From Candidatus Bathyarchaeota archaeon (GTDB taxonomy: Archaea; Thermoproteota; Bathyarchaeia; Bathyarchaeales; Bathycorpusculaceae): a stretch of 64,000 nucleotides of DNA. The DNA is taken from contig OY970176.1 of assembly GCA_963707955.1 (NCBI GenBank), forward strand, positions 1,600,001-1,664,000, written 5' to 3'. The notes under the pieces are model-generated. The model worked only from the letters and a program-made list of their open reading frames with translations. It made no database searches and had not been told where the DNA came from. Made by a program: the position numbers and the translations under genes. Positions within the stretch are counted from its first letter, which is position 1. Every line of letters starts with the position of its first letter. Shown here piece by piece: positions 29,381-39,000 of this stretch.

Positions 29381-31552
29381 CTACGCAACTGGCGTCGCAG
29401 GTTTCTGCACTTGTCTGGCCTGCTGCATAAAGCCCTTGTACCATTTCTCCATGTCAGGCGTTGTTGAAGGTCCGATGCGTTTCTTTGCCTCTTCGAAGTC
29501 TCTGATCGTGACTTCTTTCACATTCACGTCTCTTCTTAAAGCAATCATCGCCGCCTCACGGCAGAGGGCTTCTATGTCAGCGCCTGAATAGTTCCTTGAG
29601 TTGGATGCCAAAGCCTTCGCGTCCACATCTTTTGCCAACGGCATGTTCTTCGTGTAGATCTTGAAAATCTGGATCTTGCTCTCTTCATCAGGTTCAGGCA
29701 CGTATATCAGCCTGTCAAATCTTCCGGGACGGAGCACCGCTGGGTCTACCATGTCAGGCCTGTTCGTTGCAGCGATGACAACTATATCTTCCAGAGTGAC
29801 CATGCCGTCCATTTCAGTTAGAAGTTGGCTTATGACCCTTTCGCTGACACCGCTGTCGCCGAAACCCAGACCTCGGCGCGGCAGGAGAGAGTCAATTTCG
29901 TCGAAGAAGATCACTGCTGGAGCAGCCATCCTGGCTTTTCTGAAGACTTCTCTTATTGCCTTCTCTGATTCTCCAACCCATTTGGAGAAGATTTCGGGGC
30001 CTTTGATCGTTATAAAGTTAGCAGCGCTCTCAGTCGCCACAGCCTTCCCTAAAAGTGTCTTGCCGCAGCCTGGAGGTCCAATGAGCAGGATACCCTTAGG
30101 CGGTTTTATGCCGAGCCTACTGAAGATTTCAGGGTTATTCAGCGGCCATTCAACCGCTTCTTTGAGGTCCTCTTTGACTTCTCCGAGTCCCCCTATGTCA
30201 TCCCAGTGAACTGTGGGGATTTCTATGTACACTTCGCGCATGGCTGTCGGTGTTATCTCTTTGTACGCGTTGACGAAGTCTTCCATGGTCACTTCCATTT
30301 TCTCCAGCACGCTCGGAGGTATACGCTCTTCCTCAAGGTTTATCTGTGGCAAGTATCTGCGTAGTGACTTCATCGCTGTCTCTCTACCCAGAGCTGAAAG
30401 GTCAGCGCCAGTGTATCCATGGGTAATCTCAGACAGTTTCTTGAGGTCAACGCCTTCGGCCAGCGGCATTCCTCTAGTGTGGATCTGGATGATCTCGTAC
30501 CTTCCCGGCTTGTCGGGAACACCTATCTCGATCTCTCTGTCAAACCTGCCGGGTCTGCGAAGTGCTGGGTCAAGGGCGCTAGGCCTGTTTGTTGCGCCTA
30601 TCACTATCACGTTTCCTCTTCCAGACAGACCGTCCATGAGCGCAAGAAGCTGCGCGACCACGCGTCGTTCAACTTCCCCCGTGACTTCCTCTCGTTTAGG
30701 TGCAATAGCGTCCAGTTCATCGATGAAAATTATGCCTGGGGCGTTCTGCTGCGCCTGCTGAAAGATCTCCCTGAGCCTGGCTTCTGACTCTCCGTAGAAC
30801 TTGCTCATGATTTCGGGTCCGTTTATGGAGAAAAAGTTGGCTTCTGACTCGTTTGCCACAGCCCTAGCCAAAAGTGTCTTGCCGCAGCCTGGAGGTCCGT
30901 GGAGCAGAACACCTTTCGGAGGTTCTATTCCGAGTCTCTGGAAAAGTTCAGGGTGCCTCAAAGGAAGTTCAACCATTTCCCGTACCCTTTGGATCTCCTC
31001 ATGCAGTCCTCCAACGTCTTCATAAGTCGTCCTAGGCAGTCCTTTTCCTTCAGGTGCAGGTTCGTTGAGTATCGTGAGTTTTGTCTCTGCCGTGACTTTC
31101 ACTATCCCGTGTGGACGGGTTTTCGTGGTTGTGAACGGTATAGCATGCCCGAGCATCATCACGAGGGTCGTGTCCCCCTCTACAAGTGTCCTTTCCATCA
31201 AGCGGTTCTTCACAAAATTCGTGAAGTCCTCGTCAACGTTCAGTCTCATGTCGACTGGAGCAAGAGCGATGCTTAGTGCAGGCTTGACCTTGGCTGCCCG
31301 AACGATTACGTACTCGTTGATGGCTACTCCGGCGTTCTTGCGTGTGAACCCATCTATTCGTAGCAGGTCTCGGTTCTGGTCTTCGCTGTAGGCTGGCCAG
31401 GCTATGGCTGAGGTTGTTCTTTTGCCGCAGATCTCTACCACATCGCCGGCTGATATGCCAAGCTTCTGCATGGTTTTTTGGTCAATGCGGGCTATGCCCC
31501 TGCCTACGTCTCTCTGTCTTGCGTCTCCGACACGTAACTGTATCTCACTCAA
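29381..31552 (-). CDS. cdc48: AAA+ ATPase Cdc48/VCP
   Basis: N domain plus two AAA modules (GPPGCGKT twice, DELD/DEID, RPGRFDR twice). Confidence 0.97.
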   Translation of the reverse strand: MSEIQLRVGDARQRDVGRGIARIDQKTMQKLGISAGDVVEICGKRTTSAIAWPAYSEDQNRDLLRIDGFTRKNAGVAINEYVIVRAAKVKPALSIALAPVDMRLNVDEDFTNFVKNRLMERTLVEGDTTLVMMLGHAIPFTTTKTRPHGIVKVTAETKLTILNEPAPEGKGLPRTTYEDVGGLHEEIQRVREMVELPLRHPELFQRLGIEPPKGVLLHGPPGCGKTLLARAVANESEANFFSINGPEIMSKFYGESEARLREIFQQAQQNAPGIIFIDELDAIAPKREEVTGEVERRVVAQLLALMDGLSGRGNVIVIGATNRPSALDPALRRPGRFDREIEIGVPDKPGRYEIIQIHTRGMPLAEGVDLKKLSEITHGYTGADLSALGRETAMKSLRRYLPQINLEEERIPPSVLEKMEVTMEDFVNAYKEITPTAMREVYIEIPTVHWDDIGGLGEVKEDLKEAVEWPLNNPEIFSRLGIKPPKGILLIGPPGCGKTLLGKAVATESAANFITIKGPEIFSKWVGESEKAIREVFRKARMAAPAVIFFDEIDSLLPRRGLGFGDSGVSERVISQLLTEMDGMVTLEDIVVIAATNRPDMVDPAVLRPGRFDRLIYVPEPDEESKIQIFKIYTKNMPLAKDVDAKALASNSRNYSGADIEALCREAAMIALRRDVNVKEVTIRDFEEAKKRIGPSTTPDMEKWYKGFMQQARQVQKPATPVA

Positions 31553-31645
31553 GAAAAATCCTTCCCATAATGTGGTACGTTCGAAACAGAATGGTTTTCA
31601 GATATAAATGTATTGAGCATAAATGTTTTAAGCAACCGTTAGCGG

Positions 31646-31921
31646 CTACCTGCTCGTTCTTCTGACCATAAGGGTCGTTACCTGGCTTATGCCGTCTATG
31701 GTCTCAATCTTCTTCTCAAATTCTTCGAGCAGGCCAGTCTTGTCTTCTGGGAATTTGATTTGCACCAGAAGGGCCTTTAAACCGTAAGCAACGAGTTCCT
31801 CGCCATACCCGTGGACCGATGCAGACTCGGGCAGGTTGCTCTCAATCTTCTTCTTCATGGGACTGAAGTCTGAAATTATGTCGTTTGGAAAAATCTTGTA
31901 CGTGACGACTACAAAACCCAT
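31646..31921 (-). CDS. ef1b: Translation elongation factor aEF-1 beta
   Basis: KIFP and EELVAYGLKAL. Adjacent to the Zn-ribbon gene as in other archaea. Confidence 0.85.
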   Translation of the reverse strand: MGFVVVTYKIFPNDIISDFSPMKKKIESNLPESASVHGYGEELVAYGLKALLVQIKFPEDKTGLLEEFEKKIETIDGISQVTTLMVRRTSR

Positions 31922-31944
31922 TTTGAAGTCTCCTCTTCATCATT

Positions 31945-32133
31945 CTATGGGCCGATGAAACCGCATTTTGGACATTTGTACGGGCGTCCGAACTTTCTGC
32001 ATTTGCTGCATCGTCTTATCTGAATCTCGCCGCAGCTTGGGCAGAGGAATTTTGTGGATTCTGCCCCCGGCGGTATCGGTTTGCCGCAGCTCGAGCATGA
32101 AATTAAGGTCAGCGTTGACGTTTTTTCAGTCAT
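31945..32133 (-). CDS. Zn-ribbon RNA-binding protein (DUF1610/HVO_2753-like)
   Basis: CSSC...FLCPSCGE...RCSKCRK...YKCPKCGFIGP. Confidence 0.88.
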   Translation of the reverse strand: MTEKTSTLTLISCSSCGKPIPPGAESTKFLCPSCGEIQIRRCSKCRKFGRPYKCPKCGFIGP

Positions 32134-32250
32134 GACGAATGTCCTCAGTGAGTGCTTCTGTAATTGGGAGACTTCCTTATATCTTATATGTCTCGGTCTT
32201 AGCAACTTTATTATTTCAGTCATTCGCCAATATTGGCTAGGGGTCATTTT

Positions 32251-33285
32251 TTGGGCGTAGACCTTCGCGACCTTGTCCCGAAAACGACTGTCAGGCTTGA
32301 GGACCTGAGCGGAAAAGCCATCGCCATAGACGCGTACAACGCGTTATACCAGTTTCTAGCCATAATTCGTCAGCCAGACGGCACACCTTTGAAGGACAGT
32401 TCAGGCAGAGTCACGAGTCATCTCAGCGGTCTGCTATACAGAACGAGCAACTTGGTGGAGTTGGGCACAAAGCCCATCTACGTTTTTGACGGAGCGCCAC
32501 CAGCGCTCAAGGAAGTTGAAATCAACAGGCGAAGAAAGGTGAAAGAAAAGGCTATGGTGCAGTATGAGCGGGCCTTAAAGGAGGGTAAGACTGAAGAAGC
32601 GCGCATGTACGCCCAAGTGACGTCGCAGTTAAAGGACTACATGGCGGAGGACAGCAAGAAGCTGCTGGATTTAATGGGAATCCCATGGATTCAAGCGCCC
32701 AGTGAAGGTGAGGCCCAAGCGGCCCACTTGACCAAGAAAGGGGCAGCAGACTACTGCGCAAGCCAGGATTATGATAGCCTACTGTTTGGTGCTCCAAGGT
32801 TCGTCAGAAACGTGACCATTTCAGGGCGGAGAAAACTTCCCAGCAAGAACGTCTACGTCGAAGTTGTTCCTGAAGTAGTCGAGCTGGAGCAGGTTCTCAA
32901 GCAGTGTGGGATAACTTACGAGCAGCTAGTCGATGTTGGAATACTGATCGGAACGGACTTCAACCCGGACGGGATCAAGGGTTTAGGGCCGAAAACTGCT
33001 TTAAAACTGATAAAGGAACATGGAACCCTTGAAAATGCCATTCCACACATCAAGAACGCAGAGTTTCCAGTTGAACCTCAAAGAATCAGGGAGATTTTTC
33101 TGCACCCAACAGTAACCGACGACTACAGGATCGAATGGAAGGAACCTGACGTCGAGGCGGTTGTGAATTTCATTTGCAGGGGAAGAGATTTCTCAGAGGA
33201 CCGCGTTCGGAAAGCTTTACAAAAGATGCAGAGAGGAATCACTGAAGAAAAGGGAAAGACAACTCTGGAGAAATGGTTCGGGTAA
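32251..33285 (+). CDS. fen: Flap endonuclease-1
   Basis: IDAYNALYQFL, APSEGEAQAA, SQDYDSLLFG, GTDFN and PIP-like TLEKWF. Confidence 0.97.
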   Translation: MGVDLRDLVPKTTVRLEDLSGKAIAIDAYNALYQFLAIIRQPDGTPLKDSSGRVTSHLSGLLYRTSNLVELGTKPIYVFDGAPPALKEVEINRRRKVKEKAMVQYERALKEGKTEEARMYAQVTSQLKDYMAEDSKKLLDLMGIPWIQAPSEGEAQAAHLTKKGAADYCASQDYDSLLFGAPRFVRNVTISGRRKLPSKNVYVEVVPEVVELEQVLKQCGITYEQLVDVGILIGTDFNPDGIKGLGPKTALKLIKEHGTLENAIPHIKNAEFPVEPQRIREIFLHPTVTDDYRIEWKEPDVEAVVNFICRGRDFSEDRVRKALQKMQRGITEEKGKTTLEKWFG

Positions 33286-33361
33286 TTCATCGACCACAAC
33301 AGGTGTGTAGCGGCGGAAATCTTTAATTAAGAACCCGTTATAGTATGCATCCTCTTCAGAA

Positions 33362-34675
33362 ATGGTGATCTTTATGGAGAAGGATCAGATAGCTCTGTCA
33401 ATAGACGAGTTTCCCACTAAATGGTACAACATTGCGCCAGACTTGCCTGAGCCGCTTCCTCCGCCGAAGGAGCCTGAAACTGGGCCTTCGAGGATGGATT
33501 TCTTGGGCAGAACCATGATTAAGGAGTGTCTCGGGCAGGAAATGTCCAATCAAAGCTGGATCACTATACCTGAAGAAATCCGTGAGCTCTACATTCATAT
33601 GGGAAGGCCCAGGCCGCTTTACAGGGCCAAACGCTTGGAGAAGCGTCTCGGGTTGAAGAAGGTCAAGCTCTATTATAAACGCGAGGACCTGTCTCCGACG
33701 GGTTCGCATAAGACTAACACTGCGATCGCTCAGGCTTACTATGCGCTTAAGGAAGGGAAAACAACCTTGAGCACTGAAACGGGTGCGGGACAGTGGGGTA
33801 CAGCGCTTGCTTACGCTGCGCAGCTCCTAGAGCTTAAATGTGTGGTCTTCTGGGTTAAGTCCGTCTACGACTGGAAAGCTGACCGCAGGATTTTGATGCA
33901 TCTTCTGGGCGCAAAGGTCTATTCCTCTCCAAGCAAACAAACTAAGTTCGGCAGGGAGTTTCTTTCAAAAAACCCGAACAGCTCGGGCTCGCTTGGCATT
34001 GCAATATCGGAAGGACTCGAGTATGCAGAGACGCATGATGATACTGTGTACTGTCTGGGCTCGGTTCTGAATCACGTCATGACCCAGCAGTCAGTGATAG
34101 GATTGGAGACGATCAAACAGTTTGACATGATCGATGAGAAACCAGACTTGATCGTCGGCTGTCTGGGCGGCGGCTCTAACTTCAGCGGAATCGCACTTCC
34201 ATTCATAGGCGAAGTCTTGAAAGGAAAAAGGGAATGCGACTTCTTGGCAGCCCAGTCGATGGCGGCTCCTAACCTTGTGAAGGGAGAATACAGGTATGAT
34301 TTTGGTGATGTCGCTGAACACACGCCGCTCCTGAAGATGTACACTTTGGGCCACAAAGCTGATATGACCCCCATCAAAGCAGACGGGTTGCGGTACCATG
34401 CGGCTGGTCCAATCGTCAGCCTGCTGAGAAAGCATAACATCGTCAAAGCCGTGGCCTATCCTGCTGACGAGAAGTCAATCTTTGAAGCGGCTAAACTCTT
34501 CCTCCAGGCTGAGGGTTGGTTAGCCGCCCCAGAATCCAGCTATGCAATCCGCGCCAGTATTGACGAGGCTGTCAACGCTGAAAAGGCTGGCAAAGAGAAA
34601 ACGATATGCATGAACATAAGCGGACATGGCTGGCTGGATTTGGAGGCGTACAAGGAAAAGCTAGAAATCTCATAA
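33362..34675 (+). CDS. trpB2: Tryptophan synthase beta chain type 2 (TrpB-like PLP enzyme)
   Basis: SPTGSHKTN, TETGAGQWG, GSVLNHV, GGGSNF and GLRYH. Confidence 0.9.
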   Translation: MVIFMEKDQIALSIDEFPTKWYNIAPDLPEPLPPPKEPETGPSRMDFLGRTMIKECLGQEMSNQSWITIPEEIRELYIHMGRPRPLYRAKRLEKRLGLKKVKLYYKREDLSPTGSHKTNTAIAQAYYALKEGKTTLSTETGAGQWGTALAYAAQLLELKCVVFWVKSVYDWKADRRILMHLLGAKVYSSPSKQTKFGREFLSKNPNSSGSLGIAISEGLEYAETHDDTVYCLGSVLNHVMTQQSVIGLETIKQFDMIDEKPDLIVGCLGGGSNFSGIALPFIGEVLKGKRECDFLAAQSMAAPNLVKGEYRYDFGDVAEHTPLLKMYTLGHKADMTPIKADGLRYHAAGPIVSLLRKHNIVKAVAYPADEKSIFEAAKLFLQAEGWLAAPESSYAIRASIDEAVNAEKAGKEKTICMNISGHGWLDLEAYKEKLEIS

Positions 34676-34687
34676 ACAGCGATTCTA

Positions 34688-35396
34688 TCAGAATCGGTGG
34701 CCGTACTTTCCAGTCAATGGCACAAATGCTACGCCACCCAGATTTTCTTCCTTCATTTCTCCGTCGCCCGTTTTAGTAATCTTAATCAGGTTTTGGAATA
34801 GAGACAAGCTGCCGACTGGAATCAGCATTATTCCTGTGGGTTTCAACTGTTCGATTAGCACTTTAGGGACGTCAGGCGCAGCTGCTGTCACAAGGATTCT
34901 GTCGTACGGAGCCTTTTCAGGGTAGCCTATTGAACCGTCGGCGTAAATTATCGTCACTCGATCGCCGTACCCGCAGTTCATGATGTTCTTCCGGGCGAGT
35001 TCGGCCAGACCTTGCACAATTTCAACGGTGTACACGTGTCCCCACTCGCTTCGCGGCGCAGTTTTCGGCGCGATCAGCTCAGAAATTGTGGCGGCGTGCC
35101 AGCCTGAACCTGCTCCGACCTCCAAGACTTTCAGTCCGATCTCCAACTGCAGGGCTTCATTCATTATTGAAACCATGTCTCGCCTAGCCGGCAACGAGGC
35201 CTTGGCTATGTGGCGCAGAAACCGTCTGCCCGAAGCCTATAGGAAGAGGCGTATCGACAGCACCGTAAGACCGCATGTTTTCGGGAAGGAACTTTTCACG
35301 CGGCACTTTACGCATCGTCTCAATAACCTTCGGAGAGCGGAGAACTGCTTCCTTGATCAGGTTCTGAATTAACTTTTCCCATTCGTTTTCTTCCAC
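34688..35396 (-). CDS. pcm: Protein-L-isoaspartate O-methyltransferase in two exons (35210-35396 and 34688-35178); start may be GTG 35396 or ATG 35411
   Basis: Exon 1 has VPREKF...PLPIGFGQTVSAP and exon 2 has HMVSIM...VLEVGAGSGW...APYDRILVTAA. Spliced product is about 225 aa. Confidence 0.92.
35179..35209 (-). other. 31-nt bulge-helix-bulge intron in pcm pre-mRNA
   Basis: CGCC/GGCG 4-bp helix flanked by bulges ACA and AGA, with intron stem TAGCC/GGCTA. The insert contains an in-frame TAG. Confidence 0.88.
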
Positions 35397-35507
35397 TTGG
35401 AGCACCGACATAAACATGGCCGAGTCAGTTATTAACATATTTGAATTTGAGAATAAGATGTTAAATAACAAACCCCGCCTAAAGATTAGACGCTAGCTGG
35501 AAGCGTT

Positions 35508-35948
35508 TTGAGCCGAAAAGAAAAAGCTGATTCGAGCGCTGAAGAGCTGAGCAAGAAGCTAGACCAGATAATTCACAGACTCGACCTTCTAGAAGAGTTG
35601 CTCCTTGAAAAGCCAGAGTATGAGGGTTTAGCGGCTTCCTTGCGTTTGACAAAAATGGGCATAGGCATGTATGGTGAGCCATTAAAGATTGCTTCTCGTC
35701 TGAAAAACGCTGAGACATACTTACGTTTAAGAGACGTTGCCCAAGACGAGATTTCACGATGCATCGTTCAGGCATTGGCTGTGAAAGGAGCCTTGAATGT
35801 TTCCGCTATAACGCGGCAGGTGGCTTCGATGAGGGGAAAAGCAAGCAGACGCATAGTGCGTGACAGGCTGAAAAGACTCGTAGAGCAGGGAGTCTTGTCG
35901 AAGACAGGCGGTAGGGTTCCCACTTACGAGTTGGTTGAAAAGGGTTGA
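35508..35948 (+). CDS. Winged-helix transcriptional regulator
   Basis: C-terminal LNVSAITRQV...ASRRIVRDRLKRLVEQGVL wHTH with an N-terminal coiled coil. Confidence 0.75.
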   Translation: MSRKEKADSSAEELSKKLDQIIHRLDLLEELLLEKPEYEGLAASLRLTKMGIGMYGEPLKIASRLKNAETYLRLRDVAQDEISRCIVQALAVKGALNVSAITRQVASMRGKASRRIVRDRLKRLVEQGVLSKTGGRVPTYELVEKG

Positions 35949-36233
35949 TCACTGACTGGTCACTTTTGCACAGAACACCTAACTATAGTGACCATCCTTT
36001 GTCAGCTTAAGGTGAGCAATAAATGAGAAATGAATACCTACGTAACATGAGCAGAAGAAGCAACACGCTAACTTCTTCAGGAGAACAGGGTGCGAGTTCA
36101 CCCAAAATAGTCGCAGCGGCTCCATCAAGGTTGGCAAAACCAGAAAACAGAGATGAAATCACACTGGAAGACGTTTGGGCACGTTCACGATTTCACTGTA
36201 ATCTTGTGTAAACTATCTGGGAGGTGAATTAAA

Positions 36234-36629
36234 ATGGTTGATGATGAAAAGGAACGTGAAAAGAGGCATGAGAGGCAGAGTCCAGAGAACATCAAAGAAA
36301 TACTAGGCGTGGTCTCTGCGGAAGTCCCGTCGCTGATCAAGAACATACTTGGCTCGGTTTTCTCCGAAGAAGCAGGAAGGAGCATGGGCAAGGCGGCAGC
36401 TGCATATTACAAGGAACTGAAGAACGGCGGACTGCCTGAACCCGTGGCTGTCAAGTTGACAGAAGACTACATGCGAACCTTCACAAGCTTGGGCGATATG
36501 CTCAGAGGCGCTGACAGAGGTGGATGGTCCAGAAAGGCTGGAGAAGACATCGGCGAAGAGGTCAAAAGAAAAATCCGCGAAGGACTTGAGAAAAAAGGAA
36601 AAGAAGAGGAAGAAGAGGAAGAAGAATAA
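36234..36629 (+). CDS. Hypothetical helical protein with poly-Glu tail
   Basis: Strong RBS GGAGGTGA and AAYYKELKNGGLPEPVAVKLT. Confidence 0.75.
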   Translation: MVDDEKEREKRHERQSPENIKEILGVVSAEVPSLIKNILGSVFSEEAGRSMGKAAAAYYKELKNGGLPEPVAVKLTEDYMRTFTSLGDMLRGADRGGWSRKAGEDIGEEVKRKIREGLEKKGKEEEEEEEE

Positions 36630-36666
36630 CTTTCCTCTTTTCTTTGTCTAACATGGTGATGAAGCT

Positions 36667-36924
36667 TTGAGCGATTCGTCGGTTTTCACAGAATTGTTCA
36701 AGTCATCTCCGTACTTGGCTCGAATGTCACTGCAACTTTTCTACGCGTATCTCACATTAGGGAGTCGAGTGCGAAAGACCAGAAGGGCCTTTGAGGAAGA
36801 GCTTGTTCTCTCAGGAATGTCGAAAGTCGATGCTGAACGCATAAGCGCATGCTATGAAGAGCTCAAAAACAACATAACAAGCACGTTGAAGAAGGGAGTT
36901 GCGCGCAGTCTTGAGCAACGATAA
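36667..36924 (+). CDS. Hypothetical protein
   Basis: GGTGA RBS. FEEELVLSGMSKVDAERI resembles the helical motif of the upstream gene. Confidence 0.65.
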   Translation: MSDSSVFTELFKSSPYLARMSLQLFYAYLTLGSRVRKTRRAFEEELVLSGMSKVDAERISACYEELKNNITSTLKKGVARSLEQR

Positions 36925-36958
36925 GAGCTCAGGTTCTGCGCGCTTAATCTTGTGTTGC

Positions 36959-38788
36959 TTATTTTACGGTTACCGATTTTGCCAGGTTTCTCGGTTTGTC
37001 CGGGTTGTAGCCTCTTTCGAGAGCCATGTAATAGGCTAAGAGCTGAAGTGGAACTACAAAGGGTATGGGTGACAACACTTCGGGGATGCCCTTCGGGACT
37101 TCAACGTAGTCGTCGGCGAGCTTTTTGATTTCTTCGTCGTCTTCTTCCAGGATGGCGATTATCGAGGCGTCTCTAGCTTTCATCTCCATAATGTTGCCAA
37201 TCAACGTTTTGCGCGTTTCATCTTTTGCACAGATGAAGACCACTGGAAAGCCAGGTTCAATTAGGCTAATTGGTCCATGCTTGCTTTCCCCTGCTGGGAA
37301 GGCTATGGCGGGCACGTAGGCTATTTCCATAAGTTTGAGTCTGCCCTCGTAAGCTGTGGCCGTGCTTATTCCGCGGCCGAGGAAAAAGAAAGTCTTTGCA
37401 TCCTTGTACTTTTTCGCGATCTGTTTTATCTTTCCTTCCTGTTTCTGGATTATTTCCTCAACAGTGTCTGGGATTTTCTTCAGTTTTTCTTCTAGGAAGT
37501 CCATTTCGTCTTGTGAAACCTTGCCCCTCTTCTTTGCAAGTCGTAGCGCCAGTTGAGCCATGACTGAAAGTTGCGATGTGAACGTTTTCGTCGCTGCCAC
37601 ACCTATTTCTGGTCCTGACTGTTGTCCAATGTACACTCTTGATACCCTTGTCAAAGTTGAGCCAATTGTGTTCGTTAATCCTAGGATCGTTCCTGCTCTT
37701 TGGCGGGCAGTGTTGACGGAGGCCAAGGTGTCCGCTGTTTCGCCGGACTGGCTGACCGCGAGGATGGTGCTATCTATGTTCACTGATTTGCCGCATTGTT
37801 CAACAAACTCTGAGGCTATGATCGGAAAGCTTGGAAGAAAAGCGAGTTTGGAGAACATGTAGGATGATGCAAGACACGCGTGGTAGGATGTTCCGCATGC
37901 TACGAGGTAAACGTCGCGGGCTCGGTCAAGAAAAGTTGACATCAGATCAGCGTAGTGCTCCTGCACCCTGAGCGTGTTCCGCAGGCAGCCTGGCTGTTCA
38001 TGAATCTCCTTTATCATAAAATGCGGGTAACCCTGTTTAACCGCCATCTCAGGTGTCCACTCGATGATCTTGGGTTCACGGACAACGACTCGTGAGTCTG
38101 CAATTTTCTTGATCGCAACGTTTCCCAGAGAGAGCGTAACGAGTTCTCCGTCGTCAACTATGATTGCCTTGTTGGTCAGCGGCAGAAACGCCGGGATGTC
38201 TGAGGCGAAGTACACGGCTTTTTCATTGACTCCGACGACGAGTGGGCTTTCGTTTCGGGCGCACACTATCTTGTCAGGTTCCTTCGATGAGATGACCGCG
38301 ATGGAGTATGATCCTTGAAGTTTCTTCACGGCTTCGAGAACGGCTTCAGCGAGGCTCAGAGAGGAATTGTTCTTGAGGATTTCTTCGATAAGATGAGGAA
38401 TGATTTCTGTGTCGGTTTTAGACTTGAAAACGTGGCCGTGATTCTCAAGTTCAAGCCTCAGCTCAGCAAAATTCTCTATGATCCCGTTGTGGACGACAGC
38501 TATCTGTCCGCTGCAGTCAACGTGGGGGTGAGCGTTCACCTGTAGCGGTGCGCCGTGGGTTGCCCATCTTGTGTGTCCAACGCCGAGGCTTCCCGGCAGA
38601 TCATCCAGGTTGTGCAGTATGTGGACTTCGTCTATTTTTCCCTGATCTTTCTTTACGTAGAGTTTTCCTTCATGTATAGTGGCTTCTCCAACCGAGTCGT
38701 AGCCTCGGTATTCGAGTCTTTTCAGCGCCGCGTGAATGACGGGTGCAGCGGCTTCGTCTTTTAGGATGCAACCGAATATTCCGCACAT
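36959..38788 (-). CDS. glmS: Glutamine--fructose-6-phosphate aminotransferase
   Basis: MCGIFG, LEYRGYDS, GHTRWATHG, SQSGETADT and PRNLAKSVTVK. Confidence 0.97.
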   Translation of the reverse strand: MCGIFGCILKDEAAAPVIHAALKRLEYRGYDSVGEATIHEGKLYVKKDQGKIDEVHILHNLDDLPGSLGVGHTRWATHGAPLQVNAHPHVDCSGQIAVVHNGIIENFAELRLELENHGHVFKSKTDTEIIPHLIEEILKNNSSLSLAEAVLEAVKKLQGSYSIAVISSKEPDKIVCARNESPLVVGVNEKAVYFASDIPAFLPLTNKAIIVDDGELVTLSLGNVAIKKIADSRVVVREPKIIEWTPEMAVKQGYPHFMIKEIHEQPGCLRNTLRVQEHYADLMSTFLDRARDVYLVACGTSYHACLASSYMFSKLAFLPSFPIIASEFVEQCGKSVNIDSTILAVSQSGETADTLASVNTARQRAGTILGLTNTIGSTLTRVSRVYIGQQSGPEIGVAATKTFTSQLSVMAQLALRLAKKRGKVSQDEMDFLEEKLKKIPDTVEEIIQKQEGKIKQIAKKYKDAKTFFFLGRGISTATAYEGRLKLMEIAYVPAIAFPAGESKHGPISLIEPGFPVVFICAKDETRKTLIGNIMEMKARDASIIAILEEDDEEIKKLADDYVEVPKGIPEVLSPIPFVVPLQLLAYYMALERGYNPDKPRNLAKSVTVK

Positions 38789-39000
38789 CTTTGGTCCTCA
38801 TCTGTTTGCAGTGAGGCTATTCGAACCGTTTTTGCGCTAATAAGCATTGTTAATACGTAAATCTGAGCGTTAAAAGAAATTTTTGATTCATTTCTCACGT
38901 TGCAACATGGTTGGTTCACTTAACCGTCATCGTTTTTCCTTCAGCACTAAAAAAAATGTTATAAGGGTGATCTTTTTCTTCACTACACCACGGGACAACC

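Noticed and set aside
35179-35209. pcm insert as a sequencing error or transposon footprint
   Set aside because: It is 31 nt long, has no target-site duplication, and pairs with exon sequence to form an exact 3-4-3 BHB whose canonical cut sites restore the protein.
36023-36211. 62-aa ORF between the regulator and the helical protein genes
   Set aside because: It has a possible GGTGA RBS but no recognisable motif, so it is left uncalled.
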